The position numbers and the translations under genes were made by a program. DNA of 64,000 bases, from the NCBI GenBank assembly GCA_019638115.1, contig JAHBUK010000005.1, positions 91,111-155,110 of the forward strand, read 5' to 3'. Positions 1 through 10,487 of the stretch are shown one piece after another. Source of the DNA: Flavobacteriales bacterium. GTDB taxonomy: Bacteria > Bacteroidota > Bacteroidia > Flavobacteriales_F > PHOS-HE28. The notes beneath the pieces were generated by a model. That model made no database searches and was not told where the DNA came from. It saw only the letters and a list, made by a program, of their open reading frames with translations. Numbering within the stretch: position 1 is the stretch's first letter; every line of letters starts with the position of its first letter.

Positions 1-420
1 GAAGTAGACGATGGCCCAGATCAGCAGCAGCAGGGTCCAATTGATCACGCGGCTCACCAGGTCCAGCGCCGGTCTTGTGAGCAGGGGAGTGGTATCCCTC
101 AGCAGCAGGTCGTGCGCTGCTCCTTCCACCAGAAAGGCGAAGGTGCCCAGTACGAGGGCCGCCAGTGAAAGCCGGGGCAGCACATGGCCCAGGTGCTGTT
201 GCAACAGCTGTTTGCGGAGGATGAAACTGCGCAGCAAGTGGCTGATGCCGATGCCGGTGAGGTACACCAGGCCGAGTGGCCGCATCTGTGCCGCGCCTTG
301 GTCGTCCAGGTAGTTCCAGAGGATGCCCAGGCTCACATAAAGCCCCCAGCCACACAGTTGGGTGGCCCAGTAGACCACACGGCGGGGCAAATTGCGTTTG
401 GGGGCAGGTGCACTGGCCAT
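1..420 (-). CDS. 5' part of a LytS/YehU-type membrane sensor histidine kinase (runs off the window start)
   Basis: Not in the ORF track; translated by hand from ATG at 420: MASAPAPKRNLPRRVVYWATQLCGWGLYVSLG...INWTLLLLIWAIVYF. Open to base 1, multi-TM, with the YWxxQxxGW motif typical of Bacteroidota LytS-like kinases. The kinase domain lies outside the window. Confidence 0.55.
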   Translation of the reverse strand, partial: MASAPAPKRNLPRRVVYWATQLCGWGLYVSLGILWNYLDDQGAAQMRPLGLVYLTGIGISHLLRSFILRKQLLQQHLGHVLPRLSLAALVLGTFAFLVEGAAHDLLLRDTTPLLTRPALDLVSRVINWTLLLLIWAIVYF

Positions 421-524
421 CGCGGCCAAGATATCCGCTGCGTGGGCTGCATGCACAAGCGGATACACGAGCGGCCCGCGCAACGGCCCAACGGTACACG
501 TGCGGTTATCTTCACCCCCCCGCA

Positions 525-1100
525 ATGAACTTCCTTGGGCACCTCTACCTATCGGGCAGCGATCCGCTGGTCACCGTAGGCAATTTCATGGCGGATGCCG
601 TGAAGGGAAGTGACCTTTCGCGGTTTCCCGCCGGTGTTCAAGCGGGCATCCGCCTGCATCGGGCCATTGATAGCTATACCGACGAACATCCGCTTTTCCG
701 AACCGGTCGCGCTCGCGTGCGTACACATGCTGGCCGCTATGCAGGTGTGGTGATGGACCTCTTCTACGATCACCTGCTGGCATCCCACTGGCAGCACTGG
801 CATCCCGAGCCCCTGCCGCAGTTCGCACAACGCATGTACAGCCTGCTCCATAGCCACGCACATCTGCTTCCGGAGCGCATGGCCTTCGTACTGAAGCACA
901 TGCACCAAGGTGATTGGCTGAGCAGCTATGCGGAGATGAGCGGCCTGCGCGGCGCCCTGCAGGGCATGGCCCGGCGTGCACCACAAGGGGGCTCCATGGC
1001 AGGAGCGGAGGTGGTGCTCGTGCAGCACCTCGAAGCCTACCGGGCTGAGTTCACGGATTTCCTTCCACAGATCGGTCAACACCTGCGGTCCCTTTCATGA
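525..1100 (+). CDS. acpH: Acyl carrier protein phosphodiesterase (DUF479)
   Basis: MNFLGHL, GNFMADAVKG, HRAIDSYTDEHP and DLFYDHLLA motifs; ATG at 525 within ORF 276..1100. Confidence 0.85.
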   Translation: MNFLGHLYLSGSDPLVTVGNFMADAVKGSDLSRFPAGVQAGIRLHRAIDSYTDEHPLFRTGRARVRTHAGRYAGVVMDLFYDHLLASHWQHWHPEPLPQFAQRMYSLLHSHAHLLPERMAFVLKHMHQGDWLSSYAEMSGLRGALQGMARRAPQGGSMAGAEVVLVQHLEAYRAEFTDFLPQIGQHLRSLS

Positions 1101-2602
1101 AACGTTCGCGCATGATCGCCATCGGGGCCTTTGCTGCCCTGCTGCTGCTTGCAGCGGCCGGGCTCATGCTGCGCCCGGGTGGTCCGGTGCAACGGGCCGC
1201 ACCCTTGCCGTGGCAAGAGCCTTTGGTGGAGCGCGACCTGGATCGGATACTTGCCGATTCGTTGCGTGTTCTGGTGTTGCGCGATCCGCTCACGTGGGAG
1301 GAGCGCCCCAAAGCGGAAAGCGGGTTGGAGTACGAGTTGTTGCAGCGTTTCGCAAAGCGCCTTGGCGTACCCCTTGCGATCATTCCCCTGGACCATCCGG
1401 ACAGCATGCTGATGGCGCTGCAGCGGGGCACGGGCGATATCATCGCAGCACAGCTCACCGCACGCAAGGACCGTCGTCGGTTCATGGCGTTCAGCGCGCC
1501 CTACCGCAGTGTGCGGCCACGTTTGGCGGTGCTGCGTGCCGATCCGCAACACGGTCTTCCGGAAAGCTCAGCGGCCATGTTGGGGCCCCGTGTGGATAGC
1601 GTGGAACTCAGCGCCTGGTCGCCTTTCGCGGACCCGGCCTACCGATTCGGCCACCAGAACGAGCGCGGCCCCAAGATCCACATAGATCCGCTCATTACGC
1701 CGGAAGATCTGCTGATGGAAGTGGTGATGGGACGGCACGCGGCCACCATCATCACCGATGCGCGTGGGCTGCACGAGGCAGGCAGGTTCCCGGTGATCGA
1801 GGTGGGCGATGAATTGGGACCTCCGCAGGAACTGCGGTTCGGTATGCGCAAGAATTCCCCCGAGTTGCTCGCTCGCATGAACGCATGGCTGAAGGAACCC
1901 GCCGAACAGGAAGCGCGCGAGTTGTTCTTCAAGGCATACGCCACAGCGGTCCCCAAACCCGGCCCGTTGAAAGTGCGCAAGCGCATACCGGTGGAAGGCG
2001 ACAGCATTTCACCCTTCGATGAACACTTCAAGGCCCACTCGGCACACATGCGTTTCGATTGGGAACTGCTCGCCGCCATGGCCTACCGCGAATCGCGCTT
2101 CGACAGTACGGTCACCTCCGTGAAGGGCGCCCAAGGCATCATGCAGATCATGCCACGCACCGGTGCGCGTTTCGGACTGGACAGCAGCAGCGCCATGGAA
2201 GACCACATACTGGCCGCCGTGCGCTACATCAACCGCCTCGATACGTTGTGGATGCGCGCCATACCCGATAAGGAGCAGCGCCTGCGTTTCGTGCTGGGCA
2301 GCTACAACAGCGGGCCGGGCCACATCATTGATGCGCAGCGCCTGGCCAGGATGCTGGGCCTGGACCCCGATGTGTGGGAACACAATGTGGAGCGTGCCGT
2401 GCTGTTGCTGGCCAAGCCACGCTATTACATGCTGCCGGAAATGAAGAACGGCTACTGCAAGGGCAGCCAGGTCTTTGTTTATGTGCGCGATGTGCTGGGA
2501 ATCTACCGCCAGTTGAAGGCGCGACCGCGTAGTGCGGTCGGTTCACCCAAGGCGGTGACCACGGACGCTGCACCAGCGCTCGGGGTCCTGGTCGATCCGT
2601 GA
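1097..2602 (+). CDS. mltF: MltF-type lytic transglycosylase (substrate-binding domain + SLT domain)
   Basis: N-terminal TM, family-3 SBP-like region (GLEYELLQRFAKRLGV), SLT motifs AYRES, GAQGIMQIMP and SYNSGPGH; ATGA overlap with acpH. Confidence 0.8.
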   Translation: MKRSRMIAIGAFAALLLLAAAGLMLRPGGPVQRAAPLPWQEPLVERDLDRILADSLRVLVLRDPLTWEERPKAESGLEYELLQRFAKRLGVPLAIIPLDHPDSMLMALQRGTGDIIAAQLTARKDRRRFMAFSAPYRSVRPRLAVLRADPQHGLPESSAAMLGPRVDSVELSAWSPFADPAYRFGHQNERGPKIHIDPLITPEDLLMEVVMGRHAATIITDARGLHEAGRFPVIEVGDELGPPQELRFGMRKNSPELLARMNAWLKEPAEQEARELFFKAYATAVPKPGPLKVRKRIPVEGDSISPFDEHFKAHSAHMRFDWELLAAMAYRESRFDSTVTSVKGAQGIMQIMPRTGARFGLDSSSAMEDHILAAVRYINRLDTLWMRAIPDKEQRLRFVLGSYNSGPGHIIDAQRLARMLGLDPDVWEHNVERAVLLLAKPRYYMLPEMKNGYCKGSQVFVYVRDVLGIYRQLKARPRSAVGSPKAVTTDAAPALGVLVDP

Positions 2603-2616
2603 TCGCGGACCAAGCT

Positions 2617-5034
2617 TCACGGCTGCTTCACCAAGCTGGCGCGCGCAGCGCTTCCATCCTCGAAACGCAGCAGCAATTGATATGTGCTGCTGGCAAGGCC
2701 GCTGAGGTCCAACACGGTCGGCACCGGATGTTGCCAACTGCGCACCATGGTGCCATGCATGGAGAATAGTTCCACGCTTTGCGGTGCACGGGCCACCAGT
2801 AAGTGCACCTCGTTCCGTGCCGGGTTGGGAGCGAGATGCAGGGGTGATAGCGCCAGTTGCCGGATGCCGGTCGCATCGCTCACCACCACCTCCACCTCCA
2901 CGGAACAACCCTTCTTGTCCAGCACGGTAACCAGGTAGGTGCCGGCGACCAGGTCGTTCATGGTGGTGCCGGCCGGTATCCCATCGAGCAGCACGTTGTA
3001 GGGTGGTGTGCCGCCGAAGATGAACAGCATGATGGTGCCATCGTTCCCAAGCATCTCAGCGGTGCTCTCCGCCAGGCAGACCAGTTCCGGTGGTGGCACC
3101 ATGAGCACGTTGCCACTGGCGGAGCAGCCGTTGGCATCGGTATACACATACCCATACTCCCCCGGCCCTACGCCACTGAGCAGGTCGCCGCTGTAGCCTG
3201 TGCTCCAGATCACTTCGGTGGCGGGCAGGCCACTGGCATCGTTCAGTGCGATCTGGCCGTCGGCACTTTCCGCGCAGGATATCGGAAGCACTTCCACCAG
3301 CACTTCCGGCAAGGGGTTCACCACTACCAGCACCGTGTCGCTGTAAGCCGTTATGCCATATGGCCCCAGTACTTGCACATGGTAAGCGCCGCTGCCGTAC
3401 ACCTGCAGGTAGCGGCCTGTGTGGCCCGTGTTCCAGATGTAGCCCGGATGCTCGCCGGCATCCAATAGCACACTGTCGCCCGCGCAGATCTGCACCGGCC
3501 CATTGGCGTGCAGCATTACCTGGTAGGTCTCACCCTCTTCCAATTGGTGGTGCTCATCCACCGCCAGCCCGTGGTACACGTCCTGATGGCCGCTGGGGTA
3601 GACTACCACCACGGAATCCACTGCATCGAAGTCGCCCAGCCCGAAGAGGAGGTGTTGCGAATCCTGACCCATGAGGTTGGCCCCGCAGGTGGTGTAGCGG
3701 CTGAAGATGCGGCCCTGAGCATGAACGCGCACCCAGGTGCCGATCGCGTTCCGGTTGGATACGGTGCCCTGCGGCGTGATCTTGATCCAGTGGTTGTTGG
3801 TGGGCTGCTGCACCCACAGCTCGGGTGTTGCACCGCCATCCAGGCTAACGGCCACATCGGCATGGCCATCGTTGTTCAGGTCTCCGCTGCTAACGCACCA
3901 GCCTTGGTGGTTCTCGGCTCCTTGCAACACACCACCGGGGTTCTGGAAAAGCCCAGCCTCGTTGGAGCGGTGCACTTGTGTGGGGGATGAGAAGTTGGAG
4001 GCCACGATCAGGTCCATGCGCCGATCATTGCCCATGTCCAGCCAGGTGGCGCCCCAGCCGTAATAGTTGCATTGCAGGCCAAGTTCAGCAGCGCGATCGC
4101 TGAAGGTGCCATCGCCATTGTTCACCAGCAGGATGCAGGGGCGCGGCGGGTTGTTGGTATTGCCGCTGTTGCTCATGAAGATGTCCAGGTCGCCATCGTG
4201 GTCGAAGTCGCCGATGGTGGCGCTCATGGGTTCCTCGCCAGGGAATCCCACACCACTGCTGGCCGTAACATCCGTGAAAGTGCCGTCACCATTGTTGCGG
4301 TACAGGGTGTTCTCCGGAGTTCTGTCGTTTATCACGAAGAGGTCCGGCCAACCATCCAGGTCATAGTCCATCCACACACCTTGAAAGGAGAAGCGGATGC
4401 CATTGCCCACGCCCGCTGCAAGCGTAACATCGGTAAAGGTGCCGTCCCCGTTGTTCCGGTAGAGGTGGTTCAGCAGCGGGTAGCTCTCGGTAACGCCGAA
4501 CACATAGGTGCATATGTAGAGGTCCAGGAAACCATCGCGGTCGTAGTCGGCGAACGAAGCGGCGAAGTGGGGAGCGTTCCACAAGGGGAGGCCGGCCGCA
4601 TTGGTGATGTCGCTGAAGCCCGCCGCACCGTTGTTCCGCAGCAGGCGGCAACTGCCTTCATAGGTGGTGAGGAAGAGGTCGTCGTCACCGTCATTGTCCA
4701 CATCCACCCATAGCAGGTGCTTGGTTTGCCCGAAGGTGGCCACGGGCGATGGGAGGCGCTGGAGCGTGCCTTCCACGTTGCGGTAGATGCGCACACTGTC
4801 CTGGTTCACGGCGAAGCTCAGGTCGTCCCAGCCATCGTGGTCGAAGTCGTGGAAACTGACCGACGAGCCCCAGGTGCTTTGGGCAGCTGGTGCCAGACCC
4901 TGCACGCCGGAAACGTTCATGAACGATTGTGCCTGAGCGGAGCGAACGAGCGGAGCAGCCAGCAGGGCAAGCACTGCGCACGGCCGGAGCAGCAGGTAAG
5001 GAACGGCCAACATGCGGGAGAGGAACATGGGCAT
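2617..5034 (-). CDS. T9SS-secreted FG-GAP/VCBS repeat + ASPIC/UnbV (CRTAC1-like) protein with SprB-like repeats
   Basis: Repeated DxDxDGxxDL and LYRNNGDGTFTDVT motifs, ASPIC-like NRNAIGT...LLFGLG segment, YTDANGC repeat, C-terminal LAPNPA...GTYxL sorting domain. Start chosen at ATG 5034; 5028 and 5013 are alternatives. Confidence 0.8.
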   Translation of the reverse strand: MPMFLSRMLAVPYLLLRPCAVLALLAAPLVRSAQAQSFMNVSGVQGLAPAAQSTWGSSVSFHDFDHDGWDDLSFAVNQDSVRIYRNVEGTLQRLPSPVATFGQTKHLLWVDVDNDGDDDLFLTTYEGSCRLLRNNGAAGFSDITNAAGLPLWNAPHFAASFADYDRDGFLDLYICTYVFGVTESYPLLNHLYRNNGDGTFTDVTLAAGVGNGIRFSFQGVWMDYDLDGWPDLFVINDRTPENTLYRNNGDGTFTDVTASSGVGFPGEEPMSATIGDFDHDGDLDIFMSNSGNTNNPPRPCILLVNNGDGTFSDRAAELGLQCNYYGWGATWLDMGNDRRMDLIVASNFSSPTQVHRSNEAGLFQNPGGVLQGAENHQGWCVSSGDLNNDGHADVAVSLDGGATPELWVQQPTNNHWIKITPQGTVSNRNAIGTWVRVHAQGRIFSRYTTCGANLMGQDSQHLLFGLGDFDAVDSVVVVYPSGHQDVYHGLAVDEHHQLEEGETYQVMLHANGPVQICAGDSVLLDAGEHPGYIWNTGHTGRYLQVYGSGAYHVQVLGPYGITAYSDTVLVVVNPLPEVLVEVLPISCAESADGQIALNDASGLPATEVIWSTGYSGDLLSGVGPGEYGYVYTDANGCSASGNVLMVPPPELVCLAESTAEMLGNDGTIMLFIFGGTPPYNVLLDGIPAGTTMNDLVAGTYLVTVLDKKGCSVEVEVVVSDATGIRQLALSPLHLAPNPARNEVHLLVARAPQSVELFSMHGTMVRSWQHPVPTVLDLSGLASSTYQLLLRFEDGSAARASLVKQP

Positions 5035-5205
5035 ACTGGGTTTGGGGCTGCGTGAATGTACATGCGCAAGAGGGCGTTTTGCAAGCAGGCTGTACCACGA
5101 GAACCGGTATTCAAGAAGCCGTTCCGAAGGGCGCCGATCGCAAGGCATGCGAACAAGAAGCACTTGTGCTGCGTATAGAGGCCCCCTTCCAGATCACGCT
5201 TGAAC

Positions 5206-6186
5206 ATGACCGGACCACTACGGAGACTCTCTGCCCACCTGCTGATCGCGTTCCTTTCCATTCCATCGTTGGTCGTTGCGCAGTGTACCATCACATCAAC
5301 CACGGGCTACACGGTGGTTGCTGAGATCTACCCGATCGCCATTGTTCCGTCCACCAACAATTGTCCGTGGGGGTACAATTACAATGTCCGCTTGGCGTAC
5401 AACATCACGTTCTCCGGAGCCGGAGCACCAGCCTCCATGTACACCTTGCAGGGCCGGGTCGTTTGTGGCGACCAGTCACACTTCTTCAACTTGCCCAATT
5501 CGGGTGGCAGCGGCGAGGTCACTTCGCAGGAGAACCAGTGGCGCGGCGTGTCCGATTGCAATACGGCCGATGTGATATCACTGAACTGTTTCACCGTGCG
5601 CATCGAGATCGAAGGACTGGGGATATCGAGCCGCACCGTGGATTGCGCATTTTCTCCGCTACCGGTCGAACTGGTGGATTTCACCGGCGAACAGGTGGAT
5701 GGCGAGGTGGCCTTGCGCTGGACCACGGCATCTGAACGCAACAGCGCACATTTTGCCTTGGAGCGCTCCCGCGACGGACTTCAATTCGAGCACCTGTTCA
5801 ATGTTCCGGCGGCTGGTTTCAGCAGCACTCCCAACTTCTACCATGTGCGCGATCCACAGCCCTTGGAAGGCATCGGATACTACCGTCTGCGCGAAGTGGA
5901 CACCGATGGAAGCTACGAGCACGGGCCGCTGATCGCTGTGGATGTAATGAACGGAGCAACACGGAGCGTGGTCCATCCGAATCCGAACACTGGCCGAACG
6001 GTTCGACTGGCAAGCGCATACCTGGGTGGCACCATGCAACTATTCGATGCCGCCGGTCGCCTTCGTTTCACCGAACAGGTAGCCAACGAAGAGATGGTGC
6101 TACCAGAGCTCCCTCCCGGTGTTTACATCGGCAGCATGTTGCGAGAAGGTGCACACGTGGCCCACTTCCGCTACGTGCAGCAGTAG
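5206..6186 (+). CDS. T9SS-secreted protein of unknown function
   Basis: Signal peptide, PLPVELVDF Ig-like module (YYRLREVDTDG), HPNPN...LPPGVY CTD. Confidence 0.75.
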   Translation: MTGPLRRLSAHLLIAFLSIPSLVVAQCTITSTTGYTVVAEIYPIAIVPSTNNCPWGYNYNVRLAYNITFSGAGAPASMYTLQGRVVCGDQSHFFNLPNSGGSGEVTSQENQWRGVSDCNTADVISLNCFTVRIEIEGLGISSRTVDCAFSPLPVELVDFTGEQVDGEVALRWTTASERNSAHFALERSRDGLQFEHLFNVPAAGFSSTPNFYHVRDPQPLEGIGYYRLREVDTDGSYEHGPLIAVDVMNGATRSVVHPNPNTGRTVRLASAYLGGTMQLFDAAGRLRFTEQVANEEMVLPELPPGVYIGSMLREGAHVAHFRYVQQ

Positions 6187-6278
6187 TACCAGCGACTTCA
6201 GCTTCCCCAGCGAAGCAAAGGTTCCGGTCGGTGGCCTGTACCCTGATCGGTTAGCTTGCGATCATCTTGCAAGCAACC

Positions 6279-8072
6279 ATGATCTCTCTCAGCACTCGTT
6301 CCCTTGTTCTTCCTGCCCTGTTGATCGCTGCGCTGCCCCTTGCCGCGCAGGAGGTGGAGGGTCTTCCGCACACCCTGGCCCCGCACGAGCAGGAGCTGAT
6401 CCCCGCCTACCGCGAGAGCCGCGCCGGAGCGGGTCGCGGCATATCCACCCCACCGGATTTCCCCGTTCGCACCATGGCCGAATGGGAGGAGGTGCAGAGC
6501 CTGGTGATCACCTGGACCAGCTACACCGGCATCCTGAAACAGATCGTCCGCGAAGCCAAGGAGGAATGCGAGGTGATCATCGTGTGCACCAATCCCAGCA
6601 CGGTTACCAGCTACCTGCAGAACAACCAGTTCGGTGGCCCCATCACCGACCTCAATAACATCACCTTTCTGGTGGCACCCTTCAACAGCATCTGGGTGCG
6701 CGATTTCGGCCCCGAGGTGATCTACAAGAACGAGGTGGATTCGCTCTTCCTGCTGGATTGGATCTATAACCGCCCACGCCCGCAGGACGACGCCCTCAGC
6801 GATGCGCTCGGTACCTTCAAGGACATTGCGGTGTACAGCACCACCCAGGCCCCTTATGACCTGGTGCACACCGGGGGTAACTTCATGGCGGATGGTTTCG
6901 GAACAGCCTTCTCCTCCAAGCTCGTTGACTTCGAGAACGGTCCGCAGGGGCAATTCAACCAGACCAACAAAACGCCAGCCCAGGTGGACGCCTTGATGGA
7001 GCAGTTCATGGGCATACAGCCCGGCCGTTACATCAAGATGGACGAGCTGCCATTCGACAACATCAGCCACATCGACATGCACATGAAGCTGTTGGACGAG
7101 GAGCACCTGCTGGTGGGCGAGTTTCCCGTGGGTGTGAGCGATGGCCCCACCTTGGAGAACAACATGGCCATGATCGCGGCCAACTACAACTCGGTGTTCG
7201 GTACACCTTACGAACTGGTGCGCATACCCATGGTGCCCAGCACCGGCGGCAACTATCCGCCCAGCGCCAGCTACCGCACTTTCGCGAACGCCATCTTCAT
7301 CAACAAGCTGGTGCTCTTGCCCACCTACCGCACCGAGTACGATACCACCGGGCTGCGCATCTGGCGCGAGTCCATGCCGGGTTATCGCGTGGTGGGCATC
7401 GATTGCGACAACAGCGACCAGAACATCATCAGTGCCAGCGGCGCCATCCACTGCATCACCAAAACGATCGGTGTGGCCGATCCCCTGTTGATCCGCCACC
7501 AACGCTTGCAGGACACCTACGAGACCGCTATCCCTTACACCGTGGAGGCCTACATCCGCCACCGCAGTGGCATCGCACAAGCCAACGTGTTCTGGACCAC
7601 CGATACCACCCAAGGCTACAGCGCATTGCCCATGAGCGATGCGGGCGGCAACAACTGGAGTGCTGCCATTCCCGCGCAGCCGGTGGGCTCCGTGGTGTAC
7701 TACTACATTGAGGCCACCAGCAACAGTGGCAAAGTGCAGGTGCGCCCCATCGTGGCCCCCGCGGGTTGGTGGCGCTTCCGCGTGCTGGGTGCGCCCACTG
7801 GCATTGCCGATCTGAACGGTCCGTCCATCGTGGAGGTGTTCCCCAATCCCACCTCATCGCTCGCCATGATCACCCTTGCCGGCACCGGCATGGAGCAGGT
7901 GAACGTGCGTCTTACGGATGTGATGGGGCGCGAGGTGATGCGCATACACGAGGGCAAGGTCCCTGCCGATGGCCGACTCTTCGTGGACCTGAGCTACCTG
8001 CCGGAAGCGGCTTACCTGCTGGTGGTGGAAAGCAAGCAGGGGCGGAGCACGCACCGTGTGCTGAAGCGCTAA
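6279..8072 (+). CDS. T9SS-secreted agmatine deiminase / peptidylarginine deiminase family enzyme
   Basis: WVRDFG, GGNF, HIDM, TFAN and GAIHCIT catalytic motifs; signal peptide; Ig-like domain; FPNPT CTD. Confidence 0.85.
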   Translation: MISLSTRSLVLPALLIAALPLAAQEVEGLPHTLAPHEQELIPAYRESRAGAGRGISTPPDFPVRTMAEWEEVQSLVITWTSYTGILKQIVREAKEECEVIIVCTNPSTVTSYLQNNQFGGPITDLNNITFLVAPFNSIWVRDFGPEVIYKNEVDSLFLLDWIYNRPRPQDDALSDALGTFKDIAVYSTTQAPYDLVHTGGNFMADGFGTAFSSKLVDFENGPQGQFNQTNKTPAQVDALMEQFMGIQPGRYIKMDELPFDNISHIDMHMKLLDEEHLLVGEFPVGVSDGPTLENNMAMIAANYNSVFGTPYELVRIPMVPSTGGNYPPSASYRTFANAIFINKLVLLPTYRTEYDTTGLRIWRESMPGYRVVGIDCDNSDQNIISASGAIHCITKTIGVADPLLIRHQRLQDTYETAIPYTVEAYIRHRSGIAQANVFWTTDTTQGYSALPMSDAGGNNWSAAIPAQPVGSVVYYYIEATSNSGKVQVRPIVAPAGWWRFRVLGAPTGIADLNGPSIVEVFPNPTSSLAMITLAGTGMEQVNVRLTDVMGREVMRIHEGKVPADGRLFVDLSYLPEAAYLLVVESKQGRSTHRVLKR

Positions 8073-8186
8073 GGTCCAACAAACGGCACGCCTGTTCAGG
8101 GAGCTAAAGCGCGCCTACTCCGCAGCTTGTCGTACGATCGCCAGAACATGGGCGATCGAGGGATACCGGCCGGTGCTTGTGCGACC

Positions 8187-10346
8187 CTACTCGCGAATGA
8201 AGCGTCCGAGCACCGCGCCACCATCGGCATTGCGCAGGAGGTAGGTGCCTGTTGCCAAGCTGCCCACATCAAGCGTCAGCACCCCTTGGCCGTTGATGCC
8301 GAACTGCAGAACCACGCGCCCGGTGAGGTCCAGCACTTCAACCCCGCGCAGCGCGGCGCTGGTCTCCAGGTACAGGATGCCTGCCGTGGGCACAGGCCAG
8401 AGCTGGGTGCTTGCGGTGTTTGCTTCGGAAAGCCCGGTACTCAGGTCTGCTTCCACACATAGGGTGAACTGGCCGGCATTGTTGCCTCCACCGTTCCAGA
8501 TGCGCAACAGGTAGTCGCTATAAGGGGCCAGGGTTGGAAGCAGTTGAGGTTCCGTAACGTCCATGTAGCAGGCGATGTAGGTCGGTTCATCGCAGGCGGT
8601 GTACAGGGCGAAGTTGAAGGTGGCGGCACCCAAGGTTTCCAGCAGCACGGTATGTCCCGATCCCTGCGCGGTGTTGAAGCTGTACCAAACGTCCATGATC
8701 GGTGCGAAGGGGTCGCAGGGCGGGTTGGGTGTGGCCGGGGCCAGCGCGCAGTAGTTGTTGCCGATGGAGCTTTCGCAACCTCCCGGTGCGGAGATGCTGA
8801 TGATGGTGGCATCGGCACAATCGTCGTTCTCGGCCACGGGCGAGCAACCGGCCAGGCAGATCATCTGCAGCGTGAAGCTGCCCTGCGACTGGTTGTAGCC
8901 GTGTACGAGCACCAGGTATTCGGTGCCTTGTGTTGTGGCGAAGGTCACTTGGGAGGTGTTGCCTCCGCAACCCGGCGCATCATCGTTGCCTGCCACGCAG
9001 GTAAGGCCGTTGCATCCGCCGCTGAACACGCTGATCTTGGTATCGAAGTTCGCCAGGCCGCAGGTGCTGAGGGTCACCAAGCCATCGCTGCCCGTGAACG
9101 CATACCAGAGCCCCTTGGTGGTGATGTTGGCAGCGCCGCAAGCCGGACCGGCGGTGAACACGCCTTCCGTGGTATTGCCGAGCACGCCGTTGCCGCAGGA
9201 GATGGGCAGGGCACCGCTGCAGAGAGCGTTGGGCGCGATAACGATGGAACTGGTGGTGAAGGACACGGGACCCACCACCGGGCTCGTTTCTCCCGTGCAG
9301 GTCTCGGTGAGGTACACTTGATAATCCGTGCCCAGTTCCAAACCGCCGATCGTTACGGGCGGTCCATCCACGCCGTTCTGGCCGTTGATCACGGTGCCGC
9401 TGCCGGGCGCAAAACCCGCAGGTCCGTATTCCAGCGTGAATTGGGCACCGCTGTTGGTACTGGTCCAGTTCACCGTGGCCGACACATCCAGCGGGGCCAC
9501 GCTCAGGTTTTGGGCCGGTGGGCAGTTCGTGCAATTCAAGCTCAGTGTGAAGTCGCCGATCTGGCCATCGTAGCCCTGCACCAGAATGTAGTAGGTGAGC
9601 GTAGGGTCGGCCTCCCATTGCACGGTGGAGCACAGACCCACATTGGGCGTATCATCATTGCCACCTACACACACCAAGGTGTTGCAGCTTCCGCTGAAGA
9701 CGTTGAGCTTGGTGTCGTATGCCGGATCGGGGCAGGTGGTTGCGGTGGCCGTTCCGTTGATGCCGGTAACCGTGTACCACACACCTGGAGCGCTGTAGCT
9801 GGTGCCGCAGGCCGGTGGTGCATCCGGGGTGGCACCGGCAGTGCTTCCCGCAAGGGCTTGTCCGCAGGCGATGGGCTGGGCACCTCCGCAATCATCGATC
9901 GTGAACGGGGCGCATTCCACCGTTAGGGTGAAGGACCCTACCGCGTTGTTATAGCCTTGCACCAGTACGTAGTAGGTGTCTCCTTCAATGGCGGAGAAGG
10001 TGACACGGCTTCCCAGACCGCAGCCCGGGCTGTCGTCATTGCCGCCCACGCAGAAGATGGTGCCGCACGAGCCGCGGTACACGTTCAACTTGGTGTCGTA
10101 GCTGTTCGCCGTGCAGGTGGCCACGGTCACTTGCGCATTGGAGCCCTGCAGCACGTACCACACACCCGGTGCGGTAATGCTGGTGCCACACTCGAAAGCC
10201 TCATCGGCAAATGCGTCGGCGGTGCTGCCGCTCACTTCATCACCGCATGCAATGGGGAGCGCCGTGGCGCAATCATCGTTCGGGGCGCCTTGGGCAGCGG
10301 CGAGGAAAGGGAGGGCGAATGCCAGTAGGGTGGAGGATAAGCGCAT
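8187..10346 (-). CDS. T9SS-secreted repeat protein (four Cys-rich PPC-like beta domains + FN3-like domain)
   Basis: Three close copies of NDDC...GVWY...YDTKLNV...CVGGNDD...YxxLVQGY...FTL plus a divergent fourth copy, an FN3-like segment and a WPVPT CTD. Confidence 0.75.
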   Translation of the reverse strand: MRLSSTLLAFALPFLAAAQGAPNDDCATALPIACGDEVSGSTADAFADEAFECGTSITAPGVWYVLQGSNAQVTVATCTANSYDTKLNVYRGSCGTIFCVGGNDDSPGCGLGSRVTFSAIEGDTYYVLVQGYNNAVGSFTLTVECAPFTIDDCGGAQPIACGQALAGSTAGATPDAPPACGTSYSAPGVWYTVTGINGTATATTCPDPAYDTKLNVFSGSCNTLVCVGGNDDTPNVGLCSTVQWEADPTLTYYILVQGYDGQIGDFTLSLNCTNCPPAQNLSVAPLDVSATVNWTSTNSGAQFTLEYGPAGFAPGSGTVINGQNGVDGPPVTIGGLELGTDYQVYLTETCTGETSPVVGPVSFTTSSIVIAPNALCSGALPISCGNGVLGNTTEGVFTAGPACGAANITTKGLWYAFTGSDGLVTLSTCGLANFDTKISVFSGGCNGLTCVAGNDDAPGCGGNTSQVTFATTQGTEYLVLVHGYNQSQGSFTLQMICLAGCSPVAENDDCADATIISISAPGGCESSIGNNYCALAPATPNPPCDPFAPIMDVWYSFNTAQGSGHTVLLETLGAATFNFALYTACDEPTYIACYMDVTEPQLLPTLAPYSDYLLRIWNGGGNNAGQFTLCVEADLSTGLSEANTASTQLWPVPTAGILYLETSAALRGVEVLDLTGRVVLQFGINGQGVLTLDVGSLATGTYLLRNADGGAVLGRFIRE

Positions 10347-10487
10347 GTTCCGGGTCTTGGGCCGGTGAATATAGAAGGTGGCTGGAGAGCGGTCCCGGAC
10401 CGGGCTTGGGCAAATGTGCGCCTTCTTGTGATCCTTGGTCGATCGGCCCTTTCGCCCGGCGCTTGGTCCGTGCGCTCCTGTTCGCGC

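Noticed and set aside
8135-8158. CGATCGCC/GGCGATCG hairpin between convergent genes
   Set aside because: It is short and has no U-tract. It may be a weak terminator but is not supportable as a feature.
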